From Thermoanaerobaculia bacterium (GTDB taxonomy: Bacteria; Acidobacteriota; Thermoanaerobaculia; UBA5066): a stretch of DNA of 64,000 nucleotides. The notes beneath the pieces are model-generated. The model saw only the letters and a list, made by a program, of their open reading frames with translations, was not told where the DNA came from and did no database searches. Shown here piece by piece: positions 9,918 to 15,566 of this stretch (positions within the stretch are counted from its first letter, which is position 1; each line of letters opens with the position of its first letter). A program made the position numbers and the translations under genes. Location: positions 192,001 through 256,000 of the forward strand of contig CAVRAY010000002.1 of NCBI GenBank assembly GCA_963719225.1, in the 5' to 3' direction.

Positions 9918-9988
9918 TCGATGTCGACGGGCACGCGGAAGCTCTCGACGGCCTGGCCGCGGTCATCCGCGCCCGAAAGGAAGAACGA
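9918..9988 (-). repeat. diverged 71-bp copy of an internal segment of the VWA gene (6365-6441)
   Basis: 37/38 nt identical over the first block; encodes SFFLSGADDRGQAVESFRVPVDI versus SFFLAGDVTDDKGQAVESFRVPVDI. Confidence 0.9.
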
Positions 9989-10106
9989 TTTGGGTTTGGC
10001 CGTAGCCCCCACGGACTGTCCCGCCCTTCGCGGGCTTGACCCCGAGGTTCTTCGTCGCCTTGGTAGTCCTTGACTTGGAGGCCGTCTCCCTCGGGGTCTT
10101 TTTCAT
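9963..10106 (-). CDS. double-glycine precursor peptide P8 (core YGQTQIVLPFGRG)
   Basis: MKKTPRETASKSRTTKATKNLGVKPAKGGTVRGG|YGQTQIVLPFGRG; RBS AAAGGAG. Confidence 0.85.
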   Translation of the reverse strand: MKKTPRETASKSRTTKATKNLGVKPAKGGTVRGGYGQTQIVLPFGRG

Positions 10107-10160
10107 GTCGTTTCTCCTTTCTTCCTTTTTCGGCCGTGAACGGGCTCGAGGGACGGTCGA

Positions 10161-10289
10161 CTATTTGGGCCAGTATCTCCCCCCCAGGCCTCCGCGGACG
10201 GTCCCGCCCTTGGCGGGCTTGACCTCGAGGTTCTTGGCCGCCTTCTTCTGAGAAGCCTTCGTGGCGCTTTTCTTCGTGGTCTTCTTCAT
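10161..10289 (-). CDS. double-glycine precursor peptide P7 (core LGGRYWPK)
   Basis: MKKTTKKSATKASQKKAAKNLEVKPAKGGTVRGG|LGGRYWPK; RBS AAAGGAG. Confidence 0.88.
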   Translation of the reverse strand: MKKTTKKSATKASQKKAAKNLEVKPAKGGTVRGGLGGRYWPK

Positions 10290-10377
10290 GTCGTCTCTCC
10301 TTTCTTCCTGTTTCGCTCGTGACCCTGTTTCGAGTGCTTGACGAGCATCCCATGTCGGAGGTGCATCATCTCGGGAT

Positions 10378-10554
10378 TCACTTGACCTTCGTGTTTATCG
10401 ACGCTGCAAGACTCGTGCGAACCCCGAGAGCTTGGAGCTCCACAGCGGTGGGACCTCCGCGAACATCGCCGCTCTTGTCGCGCCTGACCTCGAGATCCTT
10501 GACCGCCTTCCTGTGTGTACCCTTCCCTTCGCCTTTCTTCGTGGTCTTCATCAT
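10378..10554 (-). CDS. double-glycine precursor peptide P6 (core PTAVELQALGVRTSLAASINTKVK)
   Basis: MMKTTKKGEGKGTHRKAVKDLEVRRDKSGDVRGG|PTAVELQ...; RBS GAGGAG. Confidence 0.86.
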   Translation of the reverse strand: MMKTTKKGEGKGTHRKAVKDLEVRRDKSGDVRGGPTAVELQALGVRTSLAASINTKVK

Positions 10555-10617
10555 GTCGTTTCTCCTCTTTTCCTGTTCCAGTCGTGACCCGGCTTCTGCC
10601 TTCTCATCGAGTTCTGG

Positions 10618-11796
10618 TTAGACGTGCTCGTCTTCGGGGGCGTCCACCGCGCGAAGAACGCCGTAGTCGACGAGCTTTCGGACGAGCTCGAGGCTCAGGA
10701 CGAGCCCGTGGTCCTTCTCGATCGCCCGAAGGGCGTCACGCACCTTCGAGCCGTCGAAGGCGGGAAGCGCCGGGAGGAGCGCGGCGGGCGCATCGGTCGG
10801 GTCGTAGGCGCTGTACGTGGCCAGGCGCACGGTCCCATGCCCGACGCCGATGACGTTGAGGTTGCCGATCTCGAGGCGCTCCGGAAGAGCGGAACTCGTC
10901 ACCGCCCGGTACGCGGCGCGTGCGAGCTGCGTGAGGAGAGCGACGGTCGCGCCGCCGATCCTCTCGACGTCCTTCCACTCCATGTCCCGGACGATCCCGT
11001 CGCTTTGGAGGTAGAGCTCCTTCTCGCGTCCGGCCCAGCTTCCCCAGAGGGCCTTGTACCTCTCGGGGCTCACCGTGCCGTCGAGCTCGTCCCCCTTCAC
11101 GGTTTCCGTCCGCTGAGACTTCGGAACCTTGAACGGGAAATTGGTCCGGAGCGCCGCGTCGTCGAAACCGAGGGTGACGAGGCAGTGGATCGCGAGGTTC
11201 TCCTCGACGGCCATCAGCAGCTCGTTGGCCGAGTCCCAGAACCGCTTCGCCGTGGCCCCTCGCTCGTGCTTGCAGAACCAGGTCATGCAGATGGAATTGC
11301 GGTGACGCCAGATCCCGCAGCCGCCGCCCATCCGGTCTTCGAGGTAGTAGGGGCAGCGCATCGCCTCGCTGTGGCCGAAGACCCCGTCACCGTGGTCGTA
11401 CATGAGGCCGTACGCTCCGCCGGCGCCAACGGAGAGCGGCGTCACGCCGACCTTTCTTCCGATCCTCTCCAGAACGCGCGCCTGTCCTTCGGCCATGTCG
11501 GGCGCCTCGTCTGCGAGGATCGCGCCGACGAGAAAGTTGTGAAGTCTCGGCAGGTAGGTGCAGCACTTCGTCTTGGGATTGAAGAAGACCGCGTCCCGGG
11601 CCCCGTCCGCGCCGCCGGGCACCGGGAGCATGACGCAGCTCTCGCATGTGGCGTGGGGCTCGGAGGGGATTTTTCCTCCGAGAGCCGCTTCGAGCCAGCG
11701 CGCATGGAGCGGCGCCAGGTCCTTGGCGGCAGCGCTGGCGATGAAAGGGAGCCGGACCATGGGAGCCCTGGGGCGTGTCACCTGCTCATTGCTCAC
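10618..11796 (-). CDS. Cys-cluster (YkgJ/CxxCxxCC-like) protein with putative C-terminal RRE/PqqD-like domain; candidate peptide maturase, copy 1
   Basis: CESC...KCC...CPYY...CGIWRHRNSIC...FC pattern; paralog of 8189-9364; GTG start just after precursor P5. Confidence 0.75.
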   Translation of the reverse strand: MSNEQVTRPRAPMVRLPFIASAAAKDLAPLHARWLEAALGGKIPSEPHATCESCVMLPVPGGADGARDAVFFNPKTKCCTYLPRLHNFLVGAILADEAPDMAEGQARVLERIGRKVGVTPLSVGAGGAYGLMYDHGDGVFGHSEAMRCPYYLEDRMGGGCGIWRHRNSICMTWFCKHERGATAKRFWDSANELLMAVEENLAIHCLVTLGFDDAALRTNFPFKVPKSQRTETVKGDELDGTVSPERYKALWGSWAGREKELYLQSDGIVRDMEWKDVERIGGATVALLTQLARAAYRAVTSSALPERLEIGNLNVIGVGHGTVRLATYSAYDPTDAPAALLPALPAFDGSKVRDALRAIEKDHGLVLSLELVRKLVDYGVLRAVDAPEDEHV

Positions 11797-11804
11797 TAAT
11801 AGAT

Positions 11805-11942
11805 CTAGGGGGAGGCCTTGTCGATATGCTTCGTGATGAGAAGGTCGCCTCCGCGAACCGCTCCGCCCTTGCCTGGCTTGACGTCGAGGTCCTTGGCCGC
11901 CTTCTTGGCCTTCGAGGGGGTCTTTTTAGTGGTCTTCTTCAT
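11805..11942 (-). CDS. double-glycine precursor peptide P5 (core DLLITKHIDKASP, Hcp-like)
   Basis: MKKTTKKTPSKAKKAAKDLDVKPGKGGAVRGG|DLLITKHIDKASP; RBS AAGGAG. Confidence 0.88.
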   Translation of the reverse strand: MKKTTKKTPSKAKKAAKDLDVKPGKGGAVRGGDLLITKHIDKASP

Positions 11943-11993
11943 GTCGTTTCTCCTTCCTTCCTGTTTCAGTCGTGACCCGAACATGAAACGCAA

Positions 11994-12173
11994 TTAGTGT
12001 TTCCGCCATACCTCAATGACCACTTCCTTAATGTGCTCTCCCTTGATGGGAATGATGTCTCCGAGGCCATGCCCTCCACGGACCGTCCCACCCTTGGCGG
12101 GCTTGACGTCGAGGTTCTTCAGTGCCCTCTTGCGCGAGGCCTTCGCGGCGCTTTTCTTCGTGGTCTTTTTCAT
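11994..12173 (-). CDS. double-glycine precursor peptide P4 (core HGLGDIIPIKGEHIKEVVIEVWRKH, Hcp-like)
   Basis: MKKTTKKSAAKASRKRALKNLDVKPAKGGTVRGG|HGLGDIIPIKGEHIKEVVIEVWRKH; RBS AAAGGAG. Confidence 0.88.
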   Translation of the reverse strand: MKKTTKKSAAKASRKRALKNLDVKPAKGGTVRGGHGLGDIIPIKGEHIKEVVIEVWRKH

Positions 12174-12394
12174 ATCGGTTCTCCTTTCTTCCTGCTTCGG
12201 TCGTGACCCGGCTTCTGCCTTCGTTCCGCCGGAACATCTTTAAGGGGGTGGTTATCTTCTGTCTCGAGGATCTGGGGACGTTCGCCGAAGACCGTCTTCC
12301 CCGCCGACCCCCCCTTGGGGTCGTTTCGGGGGACGAGGTCCCTGAGGGCGACGAACCCGGGCGGCGTCTTCGTCTTGCGGCGGCCCTTCTTCAT
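12170..12394 (-). CDS. second-type precursor-like peptide Q1 (LRDLVPRNDPKGG leader)
   Basis: MKKGRRKTKTPPGFVALRDLVPRNDPKGG|SAGKTVFGERPQ...; start overlaps the GT41 stop and its own stop overlaps the P4 start. Confidence 0.75.
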   Translation of the reverse strand: MKKGRRKTKTPPGFVALRDLVPRNDPKGGSAGKTVFGERPQILETEDNHPLKDVPAERRQKPGHDRSRKKGEPI

Positions 12395-13896
12395 CACGCC
12401 GCCACCGGTGCGGGAAAGCAACCGCGTTCCTCGCCGCTGCCTCGCGCCTCCGAGCGAGATCGCGCGCGCCAGAGCTGGAAATAGACATCCTCGATGCAGC
12501 GCGCGAGCCTCGCGCAGTCGGTGACGGGCGAGGCCTTCAGGCGCTTCCTCATCGTGCGCCGTAGCTCTTCGCGTCTTTCCGCTTTTGCCGCCGATCCCCA
12601 TCGAATGGCCGTCTCGACGTACCCGCGCACGTCCCGGCTGACGAACTTCCCGAGACCGGCGTTTTCCAGCAGCGACGCGCTGGTACGCGAGATCCACCGA
12701 TCCCCCGAGAACGCGACGACCGGAACGCCCTGCCAGATGGCTTCCGTGGTCGTCGTGCCCCCGTTGTACGGGAACGTGTCGAGGGCGAGGTCGATGGCGT
12801 CGTAGTTTCGGAGGAAGTCGTAGTGCTCCGCAGGTCCGAGCATCGCCACGCGCTCGGGCTCGATGCCGCGCCGCGTGAATCGCGCGAGTGTGTGCTTGCG
12901 ATTGCCGGGGTCTCCCAGAGCGGCGTTGGCCAGGAGAAAGCGGCTTCCGGGGCATCGCCTCAGGATCTCGGCCCACGCGGCGACGACGCCGTCGTTGAGC
13001 TTGTAGAGCGACGAGAGACTGCCGAACGTGACGAAGCCGTTCTTGAGCGACGGCGGTGGCGCGACATCGGGGACCGGGTAATTCACCGCGAACGTCAGAG
13101 ACGAGAGCGGGAGCTCGACGACCTGCTCTCCATACCAGTGCTTCTCGCCGTCACGAATGAGCCAACGATCGCCGATCAGCGCATCGAACACGGGCAACCC
13201 GGAGGTTCCGAAGATGTTGAACCACGCCACGACGACTGGAGCCAGCCTCGTCGCGAACAGCGGCAGCCGGCCCACCCGACTGTACTGGTTGAGATCCACG
13301 AGAACGTCGAGCCCCGCCCGGGCGATCCGGCACGCGGCCGCGCCGTTGTCGAGGCGCGAGATGTCGTGGACGTGCGCCCCGCTCGTACGCGCCCGGCGGC
13401 GCACGGCGGAAGGGCGCGACGCGTCGGAAAAAAGGTGGACCTCCACCCTGCCGGGGTCGTGGTGATCGATCAGCCCCCACACCGGCTTCATCCAGTTGTC
13501 TGCGTGGAAAAACGACGAGACGTAGCCGATCTTTAGTACTTTCCTGACCGGGCTGCCGACGACGATCGCCCTGGCGGGCGCGACGGCTCGGGCGCGAACC
13601 GCGTCGCCCAGCGCGCGGCGGACCTTCAGGATCGCCGCGTGGTCCAGGCGCGGGTCGAACGGGGCGATCGTCGCGAGGAGCCGCTGGGCTCGGATGTCCG
13701 TACGAATCCGGAGAGACGCCCGAAGATGCCGGGTCGCCCTCTCGACCTCACCGAGCGCGAAGGTCGCCCGGGCGAGGTAATAACGTGCGGCCGCAGAATC
13801 CGGACTCGCCCGGACGGCCGATTCGAAGACAGCGAGGCCGCTCGCGTACTTGCCGGCCGCGAGCATGCGACGGCCATTCGGGCAGCCGGCGATCAT
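12394..13896 (-). CDS. TPR + GT41 (OGT/SPINDLY-like) glycosyltransferase
   Basis: N-terminal TPR; LKIGYVSSFF, DVLVDL, RLAPVVVAW, VTFGS..LYKLN and DLALDTFPYNGGTTTTEAIWQGVPVV motifs; ATG 13896 overlaps P3 stop (TGATG). Confidence 0.88.
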   Translation of the reverse strand: MIAGCPNGRRMLAAGKYASGLAVFESAVRASPDSAAARYYLARATFALGEVERATRHLRASLRIRTDIRAQRLLATIAPFDPRLDHAAILKVRRALGDAVRARAVAPARAIVVGSPVRKVLKIGYVSSFFHADNWMKPVWGLIDHHDPGRVEVHLFSDASRPSAVRRRARTSGAHVHDISRLDNGAAACRIARAGLDVLVDLNQYSRVGRLPLFATRLAPVVVAWFNIFGTSGLPVFDALIGDRWLIRDGEKHWYGEQVVELPLSSLTFAVNYPVPDVAPPPSLKNGFVTFGSLSSLYKLNDGVVAAWAEILRRCPGSRFLLANAALGDPGNRKHTLARFTRRGIEPERVAMLGPAEHYDFLRNYDAIDLALDTFPYNGGTTTTEAIWQGVPVVAFSGDRWISRTSASLLENAGLGKFVSRDVRGYVETAIRWGSAAKAERREELRRTMRKRLKASPVTDCARLARCIEDVYFQLWRARSRSEARGSGEERGCFPAPVAA

Positions 13897-14069
13897 CAGG
13901 ACTTGAGCCGCGTGTCGTGACTCCACTGAGTGCTTTGAATTTCGATCCAATCCGTGTGTCGCACCTCTCCACCACGGACCGTCGCGCCCTTGGCGGGCTT
14001 GACCCGGAGGTTTCGGACGGGCTTCTTGTGAGCGGCCTTCGGCGCGGTTCTCTTGGTTGTTTTCTTCAT
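13896..14069 (-). CDS. double-glycine precursor peptide P3 (core EVRHTDWIEIQSTQWSHDTRLKS, Hcp-like)
   Basis: MKKTTKRTAPKAAHKKPVRNLRVKPAKGATVRGG|EVRHTDWIEIQSTQWSHDTRLKS; RBS AAAGGAAG. Confidence 0.88.
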   Translation of the reverse strand: MKKTTKRTAPKAAHKKPVRNLRVKPAKGATVRGGEVRHTDWIEIQSTQWSHDTRLKS

Positions 14070-14129
14070 GACGTTCTTCCTTTCTCGAGCGGACTCTCAC
14101 TATGTCGACGGACCTCTTCATGCCCTGCT

Positions 14130-14254
14130 TCATTCCTGGATCTTGGTTATCGGCTTTTTCCCCCCGCGGACGGTCCCGCCCTAGGCGGGCTGACCTCGAG
14201 GTTTCGGACGGCTTTCTTTGCCTTCGACGCGCTTTTCTTCGTGGTCTTGTTCAC
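14130..14254 (-). pseudogene. degenerate precursor P2 (1-nt deletion plus TAG in leader; restored core KKPITKIQE)
   Basis: GTG NKTTKKSASKAKKAVRNLEV, then gtc a-g ccc gcc TAG ggc ggg acc gtc cgc ggg ggg. As written it reads ...SPPRAGPSAGGKSR* (stop at 14147). Confidence 0.75.
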
Positions 14255-14261
14255 GTCGTCC

Positions 14262-14399
14262 TCATTTCGGCCGCCTATCTGGGGGACCGGGGGGGAATCC
14301 TCCGCGGACCGACCCGCCCATGACGGGCTTGACCTCGAGGTCCTTGACCGCTTTCTTGTTAGATGCCTTCGAGGGGTTCTTCTTCGCAGTCTTCTTCAT
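14262..14399 (-). CDS. double-glycine precursor peptide P1 (core FPPGPPDRRPK)
   Basis: MKKTAKKNPSKASNKKAVKDLEVKPVMGGSVRGG|FPPGPPDRRPK; RBS AAAGGAG; first gene after the sigma54 promoter. Confidence 0.88.
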   Translation of the reverse strand: MKKTAKKNPSKASNKKAVKDLEVKPVMGGSVRGGFPPGPPDRRPK

Positions 14400-14440
14400 C
14401 TCTGTTCTCCTTTCTCGCGGTTTGTGACGGGCCCGAGCGA

Positions 14441-14456
14441 AGCAAGGGCCATTCCA
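14441..14456 (-). promoter_or_regulatory. sigma54 (-24/-12) promoter of the precursor array
   Basis: TGGAATGGCCCTTGCT matches GG-N10-GC; about 40 nt upstream of the P1 ATG; adjacent bEBP gene. Confidence 0.8.
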
Positions 14457-14508
14457 TCACTGAGAAGCAGTCGCAGGCGCGCGATGGCGGCGCATTTCAG
14501 GGCTCGAC

Positions 14509-14560
14509 TGTCTCGTTTCAATGCGATGTCGCATCGTTTCGAGTGACCCGTTCCGAGTCG
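14509..14560. promoter_or_regulatory. candidate upstream activator sequence for the bEBP
   Basis: Inverted repeat ATGCGA-TG-TCGCAT (14521-14534) flanked by repeated TCGTTTC, about 80-130 nt upstream of the expected start site. Confidence 0.45.
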
Positions 14561-14591
14561 CCTCGTCGCGCTCGCTGCCGCTCGTGCCCGG

Positions 14592-15566
14592 TCACTTCGT
14601 GTCGCTGAGCTTCCTCTCGAGTCGGGCGCGGGAGATGCCGAGGGCCCGGGCTGCTCTCGTCTTGTTGCCGGAGAGCTCCCGGAGGACCCGGCGGATGTGG
14701 TTCTGCTCGACGGTTCGGAGACTCAGGTCGGTTGCGGGTGCCGGCCGCGCGGCGGAAGGCGGCGCTCCGGAGACGCCGTCGTTTTGGATCGGGACTGAGA
14801 GTTCCTCGATCACGCTGCCCTCGGTCATCGCAATGGCGGCGTGAATGACGAGGTCGAGCTCGCGCAGGTTCCCGGGCCAGTGGTACGAGAAGAGAGCATC
14901 CGCGGCCTTCTGTGAGAGGCCGGAGATGGCCCGTCCCTGCGCATGGGCGGCGCGGCGGATCGAGGCCGCGACGAGCTCGCGCAGGTCGTTCGGCCTCTCG
15001 CGCAGCGGGGGAAGGGTGACCGTGAGCCCCGCGAGCCTGTAGAAGAGGTCGCTCCGGAACTGCTCGGTGTTCGCGAACCGCGCGAGGGCGTGGCGCGTGG
15101 CCGAGATCAGCCGCACGTCCGCCGTGCGCAGGCGCTCGGAGCCGAGCCTCTCGAATTCGCCGTATTCGACCGCCCTGAGGATCTTCGCCTGGGCGAGCGG
15201 GCTCATGTCGGCGATCTCGTCGATGAAGAGGGTGCCGCCGTCGGCGATCTCGAACTTGCCGCGCACCTGCCGCTTCGCGTCCGTGAACGCGCCTTTCTCG
15301 TGGCCGAAGAGCTGGCTGTCGAGGAGCGTGTCGGAGAGGGCGGCGGCGTTGAAAGAGACGAAGGGGGCCGACGCCCTGAGAGAGGAGTTGTGGATGGCCT
15401 GGGCGAGGAGCGTCTTGCCGGTGCCTGACTCGCCGAGGAGGAGGAGCGGAAGCTCGGTCCGGCAGGCGGCGCGCGCCACGTCGAGGCACCGCCGCATCGC
15501 GGCGTCGGCTGTTCGGAAGCTCTCGAGCGTGAGGCGTGCCGCGTCGGGGAAGCTCTCCCGGGTCAC
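14592..15566 (-). CDS. sigma54-dependent transcriptional activator lacking an N-terminal sensory domain (AAA+ and Fis HTH only)
   Basis: GESGTGKT, LFGHEKGAFTDA, LFIDEI, FRSDLFYRL, WPGNLREL and GNKTRAARALGISR motifs; GTG overlaps HlyD stop. Confidence 0.9.
   Translation of the reverse strand: MTRESFPDAARLTLESFRTADAAMRRCLDVARAACRTELPLLLLGESGTGKTLLAQAIHNSSLRASAPFVSFNAAALSDTLLDSQLFGHEKGAFTDAKRQVRGKFEIADGGTLFIDEIADMSPLAQAKILRAVEYGEFERLGSERLRTADVRLISATRHALARFANTEQFRSDLFYRLAGLTVTLPPLRERPNDLRELVAASIRRAAHAQGRAISGLSQKAADALFSYHWPGNLRELDLVIHAAIAMTEGSVIEELSVPIQNDGVSGAPPSAARPAPATDLSLRTVEQNHIRRVLRELSGNKTRAARALGISRARLERKLSDTK

Noticed and set aside
9683-10012. 109-aa ORF from the track as a real VWA-Q fusion protein
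   Set aside because: Its GTG start lies inside the P8 leader with no RBS, and the paralog Q1 supports a start at 9910.
8189-11796. Radical SAM enzymes
   Set aside because: No CxxxCxxC motif; Cys spacing is CxxC...CC.
9373-14069. A fragmented hcp pseudogene or T6SS locus
   Set aside because: The Hcp-like pieces are each fused in frame to their own leader, are not in Hcp order, and no tss/vgrG genes are in the window.
12394-14133. 579-aa version of the GT41 ORF
   Set aside because: The extension overlaps precursor P3 in another frame; TGATG coupling supports a start at 13896.
9373-14400. CRISPR array or non-coding tandem repeat
   Set aside because: The repeats are degenerate, about 100-130 nt, vary at third codon positions, carry an RBS and start codon, and encode leaders. 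No cas genes are present.
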